A stretch of DNA of 64,000 bases from the human T2T-CHM13v2.0 reference genome, Homo sapiens. The notes beneath the pieces are model-generated. The model made no database searches, was not told the origin of the DNA, and saw only the letters and a list, made by a program, of their open reading frames with translations. Of this stretch, positions 46,050-58,790 are shown piece after piece; position 1 is the first letter of the stretch; each line of letters opens with the position of its first letter. Made by a program: the position numbers and the translations under genes. The DNA is taken from the NCBI RefSeq assembly GCF_009914755.1, contig NC_060934.1; one strand, 5' to 3'.

Positions 46050-46622
46050 CCCTGAAGCTGAGCCTGGAATGCAGGGTCGACCTCCTCTTCCTGCTGGACA
46101 GCTCTGCGGGCACCACTCTGGACGGCTTCCTGCGGGCCAAAGTCTTCGTGAAGCGGTTTGTGCGGGCCGTGCTGAGCGAGGACTCTCGGGCCCGAGTGGG
46201 TGTGGCCACATACAGCAGGGAGCTGCTGGTGGCGGTGCCTGTGGGGGAGTACCAGGATGTGCCTGACCTGGTCTGGAGCCTCGATGGCATTCCCTTCCGT
46301 GGTGGCCCCACCCTGACGGGCAGTGCCTTGCGGCAGGCGGCAGAGCGTGGCTTCGGGAGCGCCACCAGGACAGGCCAGGACCGGCCACGTAGAGTGGTGG
46401 TTTTGCTCACTGAGTCACACTCCGAGGATGAGGTTGCGGGCCCAGCGCGTCACGCAAGGGCGCGAGAGCTGCTCCTGCTGGGTGTAGGCAGTGAGGCCGT
46501 GCGGGCAGAGCTGGAGGAGATCACAGGCAGCCCAAAGCATGTGATGGTCTACTCGGATCCTCAGGATCTGTTCAACCAAATCCCTGAGCTGCAGGGGAAG
46601 CTGTGCAGCCGGCAGCGGCCAG
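46050..46622 (+). CDS. VWA2: VWA2 coding exon 10, complete second VWA domain
   Basis: ccccgcag acceptor, G|gtaagg donor, 573 nt, phase 1-1; VDLLFLLDSSAG...RVGVATYS...VVVLLTES. Confidence 0.98.
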
Positions 46623-47296
46623 GTAAGGTCCCAGTGCCTGACCCAGGACCGCTGGTCAGTGGGCGGGTCCTTCCTCCTTTTGGCCACCACCTAACCATCA
46701 TTTTCTGCCAGTGCCTCTTCTAGGGGCTGAAACCACAGCCCCACTCTTTCAGGCACCAGTCACATAAATAATTTTCAGTTTACCTGTCAACAAAATGGGA
46801 CTAATAGTAGTACCTCCTGAGAGATCTTTAGTGAGAATTAGGTAAGATGGGCAGTGTACATGCTTAGTACAGAGTAAGCACTCAGCAAACTCTAGGTGTT
46901 GCTGTTATCATTCTTAATCACGATTTTATTATTGTTGTTACTAAGAGCTCTGAATCTACTAAGCAGGCTCCAGAGCAGCAGCTTCCCAGCTCCTTTGATG
47001 GCAATCCACAGAAAAGTGTGTTCCTGGTGCACACATGCACATGTATGCACACATACACACACGGATGCATGTGCATGCACACGCGCTGGTGCAGCCACAC
47101 ACAACTGAAACAAACGCTTCCTGAGAGGATACTTACCCTGTCTACTTGGGATGCATTCTGACATTTTTCTCTTCTGTTCTGTTTTGCAAGCCATGAAGCT
47201 GATTTTTTATGACCCCTATTGGAAGGCACTCTAGAGAACACTGTCCCCACGCAGAGGCCTGGCCCATGGCCAGAGATGTAGTAGCTGAAACACGTC

Positions 47297-47578
47297 TTTT
47301 TTTTCTTTTGAGACAGGGTCTTGCTCTGTTACCCAGGCTGGAATGCAGTGGCACGATCATAGCTCACTGCAGCCTTGAACTCCTGGGCTCATGTGATCCT
47401 TCCACCTCAGCCTCCAGAATAGCCAGGACTACAGGTGCACACCACCATGCCCAGCTAATTGTTTTATTTTTTAGAGAGATGTGGTCTTGCTATGTTGCCC
47501 AGGCTGGTCTCGAACTCCTGGGCTCAAGCAATCCACCCACCTCAGCCTCCCAAAGTGGAGGGATTACAGGCTTGAGTG
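47297..47578 (-). mobile_element. AluJ-like element
   Basis: Alu consensus. Confidence 0.88.
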
Positions 47579-49048
47579 AAATGTAAGCCTTTATAGGGCT
47601 CCTGGAGTTCTCCCCTTGGTAGGTGGGCATGGGAAGCTACAGATGTGATTCTGCTTCTCAGCCCTGATGCCACCACTCTCCCCAAGGCGAGAGGCTTTCC
47701 CTCCTGTAAGGCGGAAGGACAGGGATTGGCTGCCCACTCCCACCCTGCCCCTCCAGGCTGGTCTAAGTGCTTTTGTTCTGCTGCTTTCTTTGGTTGGATT
47801 TTTTAAAAAAAATAATAGTTGTAGATTTATAGGAAAAAATAATTGACAATAGTGGAGAGTTCCCTATACCCCACACCCAGTTTCCCCTCCTATTAACACC
47901 TTGCATTAGTATGGCACAGTGTTATCATTAATGAACCAGTATTGATACATCATTATTTAGTGAATCCATGCTTATTTATATTTGTTTAGTTTTTACCTAA
48001 TGTCTTTTTTGTGTTCCAGAATCCCATCCAGGACCCCACAGTACATGTAGTCAGCCGCCTTCCCCGTAGCTGTGATAGTTTCTCAGACGTTCCTGGTGTG
48101 GGAGTGGTTTTAAAAACCAGTAATCAGAGCATCAGCTCCTCTAACTCCATACTTAGAATTTCCAGTGGTTCCCCTTTGCACTTGGAATAAAACCCAAACT
48201 CCTTCCCCTGGCTTCTGAGAGCTCCCTGTGGCCTGGTCCCCACAGGCCTCTCTGCATCCCCTGCACAGGAGAAGCCTTCTGGCTCATACTTACTTGTCTT
48301 TCAGTTCTTAGGTGAAATGTCACCTCCCCAGAGAAGCTCTGACCCCTTCTCCCAGTCTTGTTATGTTCCCCTACTGGTCTCTCTCGAAGTCCCCTGCTTT
48401 TCCCTCCACGCTGCCGACATCATTTGTAATTCTATGTTCATTTCATGTCTGTTCCCCTAGACTGTCAGCCTGTTGACAGCAGGCATGGGCCCATTTTGTC
48501 CATACAGCATCTAATTAGTGCCCTGCATACTGGGGATGGATGAAGGCACAGGTGCAGATGTTGTCACAAAGGGTTGCCCACAAACCCAAACCCCATGGGT
48601 TACATAAGACAGGAACTTATTTCTCTCACATACAGTTCAGAGGTGAGTGGCCCAGGCCAACAGGGCTTGGTCATCTTATGGCTTCCACCTTGAGGTCCAA
48701 GGTCACCATTTCTCAGCCAGCAGGAAGGGGGAGAGGGGAAGTGGAAGGTAAGCAGCTTCCAGCTGCATGAGTTTGAAATTGATCACGTCCGTCAGATAGA
48801 ACTTAGACACGTGGCCACCCTAGCTGCCAGGAAGTCTGGGAAATGTGGTCTGGCAGGCACTCATCTTCCTGCTAATATTCTAGGAAAGTGCTGTTCTGTG
48901 GCTAAAAGGAAGACATAGAGGGTGTATTCTGCAGTGAACAGAGCACCCTGGCTGACCTTGGTCCTACCCAACCTGGCAGTCCCTGGGTCCCGTCGAGGGG
49001 CTCTGACTGGCACATCCACTGCTGAAGCCCCTCTGCTTGCTCCTGCAG

Positions 49049-49600
49049 GGTGCCGGACACAAGCCCTGGACCTCGTCTTCATGTTGGACACCTCTGCCTC
49101 AGTAGGGCCCGAGAATTTTGCTCAGATGCAGAGCTTTGTGAGAAGCTGTGCCCTCCAGTTTGAGGTGAACCCTGACGTGACACAGGTCGGCCTGGTGGTG
49201 TATGGCAGCCAGGTGCAGACTGCCTTCGGGCTGGACACCAAACCCACCCGGGCTGCGATGCTGCGGGCCATTAGCCAGGCCCCCTACCTAGGTGGGGTGG
49301 GCTCAGCCGGCACCGCCCTGCTGCACATCTATGACAAAGTGATGACCGTCCAGAGGGGTGCCCGGCCTGGTGTCCCCAAAGCTGTGGTGGTGCTCACAGG
49401 CGGGAGAGGCGCAGAGGATGCAGCCGTTCCTGCCCAGAAGCTGAGGAACAATGGCATCTCTGTCTTGGTCGTGGGCGTGGGGCCTGTCCTAAGTGAGGGT
49501 CTGCGGAGGCTTGCAGGTCCCCGGGATTCCCTGATCCACGTGGCAGCTTACGCCGACCTGCGGTACCACCAGGACGTGCTCATTGAGTGGCTGTGTGGAG
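49049..49600 (+). CDS. VWA2: VWA2 coding exon 11, complete third VWA domain
   Basis: ttgctcctgcag acceptor, G|gtgagt donor, 552 nt, phase 1-1; LDLVFMLDTSAS...QVGLVVYG. Confidence 0.98.
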
Positions 49601-50002
49601 GTGAGTGGGGGAATCCACACCCTCAGGGCTGCCCCCATGGCAGGCCCTCAGCCTGAGCCTTCACATACATCATGACGAGGATGGCAGCTCTTCCCAGCTA
49701 CTGAGCACTTGCTTCCCAAGTGCCAGGTTCTGTGCTAAACCCCATGCTCACATAAAATCCTACAGTAGGCATAACCATCCTATTTGACATTTAAGGTACA
49801 GAAAGTTTAACTAACATAGATAACTCCCCCCAAACTTGAGAATTTATGCATTCCCTTTAAACAGAACACACTTTTAGAATATCCACAAGCTTCCTAAGGG
49901 TCTAAAGATCCCACATTCACACTGACTTGGGCAGTGACAGAGCCCAGAGCAAACAGGGCCAGGCCAGCCCAAATCCAGTGACCTCCTCTTCACCTTCTTA
50001 AA

Positions 50003-50119
50003 AGAGACAGGAGAATCACTTGAACCCGGGAGGTGGAGGTTGTGGTGAGCCAAGATCGCGCCATTGTACTCCAGCCTGGGCAACAAGAGCAAGATTCTGC
50101 CTCAAAAAAAAAAAAAAAA
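50003..50119 (+). mobile_element. 5'-truncated Alu fragment with A tail
   Basis: gagacaggagaatcacttgaacccggg...ctcaaaaa. Confidence 0.88.
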
Positions 50120-50348
50120 GTCTGCCATGTGTATGGCACGTCTGAGCAATGGACTCTCCATGAGTCTGTAGGAGAGCTGGGTCTTACTAACCTAGCCAAG
50201 TGGTATGCAGCACCAACCATGAGCTACCGGGGCAAAGGGAGACATGACTCTAGTAGCCTTGCACCTCTACTGGGCTTACTTAGGGTAGGGGTCTTCGGGT
50301 CTAACCCATGCCTGGCCGGCCTGGTGGGTATGGTGTTCTCCATTGTAG

Positions 50349-50474
50349 AAGCCAAGCAGCCAGTCAACCTCTGCAAACCCAGCCCGTGCATGAATGAGGG
50401 CAGCTGCGTCCTGCAGAATGGGAGCTACCGCTGCAAGTGTCGGGATGGCTGGGAGGGCCCCCACTGCGAGAACC
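50349..50474 (+). CDS. VWA2: VWA2 coding exon 12, EGF-like domain 2
   Basis: ttctccattgtag acceptor, C|gtgagt donor, 126 nt; CKPSPCMNEGSCVLQNGSYRCKCRDGWEGPHC. Confidence 0.96.
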
Positions 50475-51325
50475 GTGAGTGGAGCTCTTGCTCTGTATGT
50501 GTGAGCCAGGGATGGTATTGCGAGTCCTGCCAAGTCCCACAAACTCAGCTGAAGGCAGGTTCTAAAACATTCGTTCAGTGGAAGAAATTATTCAGTCGTT
50601 TACCCACGAAACATTTAGTGAGTACCTCCTGCATCCCAGGCATTGTTCTCAGTGCAGGAACATAGCAGTAAACAAATGAATAAAACCTCTGCCCTCATGG
50701 AGCTTCCATTCTAATGGGAAGACAGACAATAAGCAAATAATACAACATGTGGTGTGGTAGACGGTGCTAAGCACCCCGGAGAAAGTCATGACAACTAGGA
50801 GGGAGGCCACAGTTAGGAGCACAGTAGATCCGGGTACAGGGATGTAGACGGAGGCAGGGATGGGTAAATGCGGTGGTGGGAGCTGCTGGAAGCTCTTTTT
50901 GGGGTGCTATTTGCTCAGTAAAATGGGAGGAACAGCTAAGTGAGGACGAGGAGGAGGTGCTAGAGGTTTGAGAGAAAAGAAGTCATTGTCAAGGGTAACA
51001 GATTAGGACCTAGAGAGTGATCGTTGGGAGGCATTAGAGGTCCAACTATGGCTCCTGTTCATGAGTTTGAAGTTAGAACAGCCAGAAATCAGAAGACAAG
51101 TCCAGTCGGAGCCTTGGTTTTTTGGCCACGGGCAGAGGTTGGCTTCCTAAGGCCAGAGAGAAGCTCTGGAGGATAATCACATGGGGTCTCTAATCTGGCA
51201 TCTTCTGCTGGGGGCGAGGTGGGTTGTAGAGTAAGAGCAGGACCTGAAGGGGTCCTCAGAGGCTGCTGGAGGGCTGAGAAGGGGATGCAGACACTCCTGT
51301 CCTCAGACTTCACTTCCTTCCCCAG

Positions 51326-51345
51326 GATTCTTGAGACGCCCCTGA
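51326..51345 (+). CDS. VWA2: VWA2 last coding exon (RFLRRP-stop)
   Basis: cttccttccccag acceptor; TGA at 51343-51345; summed CDS 2268 nt = 755 aa. Confidence 0.9.
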
Positions 51346-52103
51346 GGCACATGGCTCCCGTGCAGGAGGGCAGCAGCCGTACCCCTCCCAGCAACTACAG
51401 AGAAGGCCTGGGCACTGAAATGGTGCCTACCTTCTGGAATGTCTGTGCCCCAGGTCCTTAGAATGTCTGCTTCCCGCCGTGGCCAGGACCACTATTCTCA
51501 CTGAGGGAGGAGGATGTCCCAACTGCAGCCATGCTGCTTAGAGACAAGAAAGCAGCTGATGTCACCCACAAACGATGTTGTTGAAAAGTTTTGATGTGTA
51601 AGTAAATACCCACTTTCTGTACCTGCTGTGCCTTGTTGAGGCTATGTCATCTGCCACCTTTCCCTTGAGGATAAACAAGGGGTCCTGAAGACTTAAATTT
51701 AGCGGCCTGACGTTCCTTTGCACACAATCAATGCTCGCCAGAATGTTGTTGACACAGTAATGCCCAGCAGAGGCCTTTACTAGAGCATCCTTTGGACGGC
51801 GAAGGCCACGGCCTTTCAAGATGGAAAGCAGCAGCTTTTCCACTTCCCCAGAGACATTCTGGATGCATTTGCATTGAGTCTGAAAGGGGGCTTGAGGGAC
51901 GTTTGTGACTTCTGGCAACTGCCTTTTGTGTGTGGAAGAGACTTGGAAAGGTCTCAGACTGAAATGTGACCAATTAACCAGCTTGTTTGATGATGGGGGA
52001 GGGGCTGAGTGTGCAATGGGCCCAGGTCTGGAGGGGCCACGTAAAATCGTTCTGAGTCGTGAGCAGTGTCCACCTGAAGGGTCTTCCTTTCAAAAGAGGC
52101 TGC

Positions 52104-52398
<295 letters not shown>

Positions 52399-52816
52399 TG
52401 TACTTAGGAGGGGTTAATTGTGGCGTGTTTATGGAATTCTTTCCTTATTCTCCTTTTAGTGGGGCAAAGAGAAGTAAGATTCTTAAACTCAAAAATATAG
52501 GATAAAGAAACTTACAGAGATTTTGCTTTTTAAAGCATTGATCTTACGCTGTCTAGGTTTTAATTTTGTTTTGCTTTGCTTTTCTACACAGTTTTTAAAG
52601 AAATATTTCAAGAAATGTTGGTTATTTATTAAACAGGGATATTTGTACCTATGTGGCAAAGAGGCATATTTGGAATATTCTCTGGCAAACTAGATACTTA
52701 CTTCCCTATCACTGCAGTATTTAGGAATTACTTCTTCTCCTTGGTTGTGTTGTTTAGAGTTGGATTTTCTGTAGAAATCTTTCTAGAGCTCTGATGTGAC
52801 TCCAGACACTTTATCG

Positions 52817-53244
<428 letters not shown>

Positions 53245-53779
53245 TAAAAAGTCTGGTGTACCAGACATTGAGTCATAATCATCTATATTCAAGGGATACT
53301 TTCATTGATAACTTTGTTATTATGCTGCCCTTCACAGAAGACAACGTCCGGGGCAGGATCACATGCTCCCTAGCAGATGCTGATCAGTGATGTCATAGAA
53401 ATTACATGAATGCATTGTCTTTAAATAGCAGTTTAACCATGTTATAATGTAGGCTTTTTGTCTTGTTCCGGGCTGGTATTTGGGTGCCCTGATTGAATTA
53501 CTTGGATTTAAACAGCAAACTGTGGGCTCTCGACTTACATAGTAAGGGCCTTTACTGTTTCTTTGTAGGAAATGGGTTTCTCGCCTTTGAAACATTTTTT
53601 CCCCTTTTGTAGTGACAGTGCCACTAAATAGTTCAGCTTTTGTCAGTCCCCCAGGAAAGTGCTATCCTATGGCCTAACTAGCCAAGCCTTTTTTCTTTCA
53701 TTTAAAAGAAATTAGCTTTAATTTTTACCTTTAATTACTTATTCAAATAAGACAGAAATATATTTTCCTTGCAATAATT

Positions 53780-54780
53780 AAAACATTGCATATAGGCCAT
53801 AAATTTCCTTATTTTCTCTGAACGATCCTGATTCCAGTCATCTTGTTGAATACCCTAGTTCTAATAATTGACTCTTGCTTTTCTAGAGAAATATTTCCAA
53901 ATGATGCTAGTTTTGTCTCTTCCTTTCAAAGTTGTATACCACTTCTTTTTCTTGTCATTTTGCATTGCCTGGGACCTCCAGAATAATGTTTCATGAAGTA
54001 GCATGTATCCATATCTGGTTCTTGACTTTTTCATCATTATAATTGTTTTCTATGGGTTACTTATCAGTTTAAGAATGCTTAATTCCTAGATGAACTAAGA
54101 GTGTTTATTACATGTTGAGATTTATGGTATGCTTTTTCTTCCTCAAGATAATGCATTTTTTGTATTATCTGTTAATGTGATAGGTTATCCATTTGTGTAT
54201 TTTCAATCATTGAACAACCCTTGATTTTTTTGGATAAACTCTATTTGGTCATTATGCATCATTCTATAAACCCTGCTGAATTTTTCATTTGCCAACATCT
54301 TATTTCAGATTCTTTTAATCTGTGTCCAACAATGAGATTTGTTTTCTTTTGCAATTTGTTTTGAATTTTTGGTATCAGAGCTATACTAACCTTATAATGG
54401 AAAATACATATTTCTCAAACTTTTACACTGATATATTCATAGTATTTTTTTATAATTTGAAAAATCTTGTCAGTATCTGTATTAAGGCCTCCATTTCAGT
54501 TCTGCTATTTCATATTGCCTTAGGTTGTCTATTTGTCTCTTTAATGAACCCGATTTTGATTTTGTCATTTTTAAAATAAACACATTTATGCTATAAACTT
54601 CCTTAATTACTACTTAGGCAACCTTCCCAGTATTGGTATGTTTCTTTTTTCCCAAGAATTCTTTAGGAGTATATTTAACTTCTGGGAGGAGTACTGATTT
54701 TTCATTCACTTATATATGATCAATTTCTGCAGATGTTTCCTGTGTCTTTGGTATGTTGTTAACTGTACAACTAAAATTTG
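53780..54780 (-). mobile_element. Ancient L1 ORF2-region fragment forming the distal VWA2 3' UTR
   Basis: ttgcattgcctgggacctccagaataatgtt...atccatatctggttcttgac and ttttggtatcagag patterns of antisense L1. Confidence 0.55.
54575..54580 (+). terminator. VWA2: Likely distal poly(A) signal of VWA2 (AATAAA); 3' UTR ~51346-54600
   Basis: AATAAA followed by U/GU-rich sequence just before the 3' end of the convergent gene; usage is inferred. Confidence 0.65.
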
Positions 54781-54949
54781 CTTTCAGCCTTATCTATGCT
54801 CTTTGATTCAAGGAGGCTGAGTTTCCTGCTAGGATCCCATCTTGTAGTTCAGTGTGTAAATAACCAAAACATTTCCTCCCTTGAGAACCCCCCAGGCCCT
54901 GCCCCAAGTCATTTCATGAACTGAGGAAAACTTCAAATACAATGAACAT

Positions 54950-54955
54950 TTTATT
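54950..54955 (-). terminator. AFAP1L2: Likely poly(A) signal of AFAP1L2 (AATAAA on - strand); 3' UTR ~54930-56147
   Basis: tttatt on + strand ~1.2 kb downstream of the stop codon. Confidence 0.7.
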
Positions 54956-55330
54956 TTAAAAAACCTAACTCACCACTTGGTAAAAGGTCACCAAATGTTT
55001 ATGAGAGAGGAAATAAGAATAAAAAAGACATTTAGTTCTCAGGAACAAGTGTTAGAGAACTGATACACAACCCTCCAGAAATGAGGCAGAGATAATAGAT
55101 GAAATGTTTCAACCTGTGTTAAAAAAAAAAAAAAAAAAAAATGCCATCAGAGGAAAAGACAGGGGCAGCACAAGGAACAGCACTGCCAATTTTAAGAGGG
55201 CGATCACCCTAACCAAAAATCACCACTTTGTTCTTGGAAGGAGAATGAACATTAAACAGAACTTAAAATCAGAGACTATTTATATTAAATAACTCTTCCC
55301 TTAAAAATGGCCTGACCACAGCAATGAATC

Positions 55331-55338
55331 TGTAAACA
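55331..55338 (-). promoter_or_regulatory. miR-30 family 8mer seed match (TGTTTACA) in AFAP1L2 3' UTR
   Basis: + strand tgtaaaca; function not shown by sequence. Confidence 0.5.
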
Positions 55339-56147
55339 CAGAGTAATATTTTTCCTACAGTAAAGAGTCACTTTAATCTCAAAAGATACTTTTCACTGTT
55401 CTAAATGACAGGATTTTAAGCATTTTTTCCTATATATAATACAGCATCACTTAAAATTTTATTTAAAGACAGTTGATTCAGGCCTGCCTTGGACTGGAAA
55501 GAAGTCTTTAACTTAGTGGGATTAGTGCTTCAGCTTGGTCCCAAATATTTTCCCCATTATTGTTTCTCAAAACTCATGTCATAGATGGTTTTACAGATGA
55601 TGGTTTTACAGATGATGTCAATGCTGTTTAAAATCACTGAAGACTGAGTTGGGCCTGGTAATATTGGAGAGAACTGAAGGCAAGGATGGTTTAATCCCCA
55701 ACTGCTAAGTATTGGATAAGAGATGATGGCCAGGAGTTTAGGTCTTCTCACTCACCAAAGACATGTGACCCATAAGACAGGGCCCTGCTTCCTTGATTCA
55801 TCTTCCACCAAAGTCTAAACAGGAGGTTTTCACTATTTAAAAATCTTAGTAAAGCAATTGATGACAACTTCAAAAAAGAAAGAAACACAGAACATCCCTA
55901 AATACAACGTCTTGTTTACATCCAATAGACTTAGGTCTCCAAAGAAGCCTCCTTTTTGTTGTATTATTTCCTTTGGCTCTGAAAAGGGACAGAGCCTCCT
56001 CTTAGCTGAAGCTCTCCATTCACAGTACCTCAGTCTTTGCTTTTTCTTCTAAACAGACTCACCCTTTCGCATAGTTTTTGCTTTAACAAAGCAGGATTGT
56101 CACCAAGGTCCACATTGACATGAGAGTCTTTAGATGAAGCTTGTTTT

Positions 56148-56174
56148 CTAACTTGCTCCTTTCTTCTCCCATTC
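56148..56174 (-). CDS. AFAP1L2: AFAP1L2 last coding exon (EWEKKGAS-stop)
   Basis: ccctag acceptor on - strand; GAA TGG GAG AAG AAA GGA GCA AGT TAG; AFAP-family C-terminal motif. Confidence 0.93.
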   Translation of the reverse strand, partial: EWEKKGAS

Positions 56175-57083
56175 CTAGGGTACCATTCAAATACCAGCAC
56201 CCACCCCCCACCAAAAAGATAGTTAGTTATCCACTGTAGCAACCTTGATATACATAGAAAAAATGTGAGAAAAACTATTTTAGGCACAGAGGTGATAAAT
56301 GTTTCAAACCCTGTGTGTTCATCACTGCTTAGAGTGCCTATTCAGAGATTTTGAGACTGTGGCACAACAGCGAGTGCCTATAAGTGATGTCTCTCACAGC
56401 AACAAGGGAGTGGAGGTTCAGATGCTTGCATGGATTTATTGGTTAGCCATTGTTGTGGGACCTCCAAATATCTCCAGCAGGTAAGGAGGATAGGAATAAG
56501 GAGCAGAATTTGCCAAAAGCAAAGGCAGCCCTAGGCATGTTCTTTAGTGTACAAATGAGTAAATGAGTAAATGATTAATGATACTTTTTTGACTAGCCAT
56601 CAGGGAGAAACCGCATCATAGCATGGATTCCTCATTCACAACTTGCTGAGAATTTTGCCAGTAGTTGGGTGGGCAACTTTGGGCAATTCAAACCACCTAT
56701 GTGAGTCTGTTTCTTTAGTTTTAATGGTAGAAGTCCTGTGGAGTCACTGACTGACTTTTTGGTTTGAAAACTCAGTCATAATCTGTCCCTGAGCTGCAGC
56801 TGGCCTCCTGGAATCTACCCATAGCTGTGTGGAGGGCAAGAACTGAAGCATCCCCAAGCTCACAGGGAAGGATGCTCGAACCAAGTGCAGACACCTTTCT
56901 GGTTGGTCAGTGCCAGAGACTGAGCTGAAGGCATGGCAAAGCCATGGCCACTCCTTGGTGAGTGCCGAGCCCTTGCTCAGAGCTGGTGCCAAAAGCCACA
57001 AAGCACCACCTGGGTCAGAAGATGGGCCCCTACCTTAGTGACATTTCTGCTGGCCCCAAGGGAGGCTGGGAGTGACTGCTTAC

Positions 57084-57206
57084 CTTGGCTTTCTGGAGTA
57101 CAGTGCCTTTGCCTGTGACCACGACCGAGAGAGGCCTGTTCTTGAGTGTGGTTGCAGAGTTGACTGGGGTACAGTCTGGGGCAGAGGCAGGTGTGACAGC
57201 TTTGGG
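57084..57206 (-). CDS. AFAP1L2: AFAP1L2 exon (PKAVTPASAPDCTPVNSATTLKNRPLSVVVTGKGTVLQKAK)
   Basis: aaccacag acceptor, AAG|gtaag donor, 123 nt, phase 0-0. Confidence 0.94.
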
Positions 57207-57325
57207 CTGTGGTTATAGGAGGAGAGCAAGGGCTGAGTCAAGGGGAGGGAGATGTGACCCACCCACCCCAACCCATGTCCAGGGAGCCCTGCAAGCAGCC
57301 CAGAGGCCGCAGTTCCAGCACTCAC

Positions 57326-57519
57326 GCGGGGGCTCACATTCTCCAGGTGGGTGGTGTCCACGGTGGTGCCTAACGTCACAGGCCCTGCCTCAGCCTTCTT
57401 CAGGTTGTCCTTCACCTCCATGATGCTGAGCTCCAGGTCCACGCGCCTGCTCTCCTCGCCCCGGCACTCCTCGTCAATTTCCTTCAGCTTCTGCTCCAGG
57501 CTCGCCAGGACTTCCTTGT
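57326..57519 (-). CDS. AFAP1L2: AFAP1L2 exon, coiled coil (DKEVLASLEQKLKEIDEE...ENVSPR)
   Basis: tctctccag acceptor, CGC|gtgagt donor, 194 nt; alternative donor at 57338. Confidence 0.95.
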
Positions 57520-58202
57520 CTGGAGAGAGAATTATGCAGGTGTCAGAGAACAGCATCTCAGCCCAGGCCAGGGAGCCCTGCTGGGTGGAGGCAGGGTCTA
57601 CATACCCCGCCACCCGAGAAGGACCACAGGTCTGGCCCCAACACTCAGAGCCAGGAGGGGCCTGTATGCCGGGGCAGCCTGGAGGCCTCCTTTAGCTAGC
57701 ATTCTGCAAAGGCTGGGAGGCTCTTGGGGAGGAGAGCTCTGGCTTCACTAAGGGGCATGAGTCTGAGGCCTTAAGTCCCTTCTTGTAGGTTCTCAGAGAC
57801 TCTTGGTTGCTTTGACAGTGACCCAAAAGGGTGAGGGGCTTTATTCATGGCCCATGGAGGAGGGCTGGGCAGCTTGACCTGCCCTACCAAGTTCCCTCAA
57901 TCCTCTGGCTTCCCTACGCCTAACAGAGCAGGAGTCCTCAGCCCTGGCTCCTCCTGTTAACCCTGGACCTCTTGGGTTGATGCTGCCACACCGTGAAATG
58001 ATGCCTAGGGCCTGTATCCTAGAAGCTCACTGCTGGAGGAAAGGATGGTATCACATATGTACCACATAGAGTCCTGAGCACAGGGCCACTGTTTAAGAAA
58101 AATTCACAGATGCTACTGAAGGACCATCTCTAAAGAGGGAAGGAAAAGAAAACGTATACTAATAATGTTTTGAAGATTGGAGTTTAAAAAAATACAGTTC
58201 AA

Positions 58203-58534
<332 letters not shown>

Positions 58535-58668
58535 TCAGCTGAGTTTGTCCTCAAACCTGCACCGCTGCTCTTGCTTATTCATACACCTCTACAATTTAAA
58601 TAAGCACAAAGTTACTCCATGAAAACTAAGTCAAATACTTTGGAAAGGTTCTAGAAGAGGCAGGTTGC

Positions 58669-58790
58669 AGCTGGGCATGGTGGCTCACGCTCACACCTGT
58701 AATCCCAGCACTTTGGGAGGCCAAGGCAGGTGTCCCTTGGGCTCAGGAGCTCTAGACCAGCCTGGGCAACATTGCAAGACCCCATCTCAA
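58669..58790 (+). mobile_element. Alu monomer (FLAM-like)
   Basis: Left-arm-only sequence. Confidence 0.75.
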
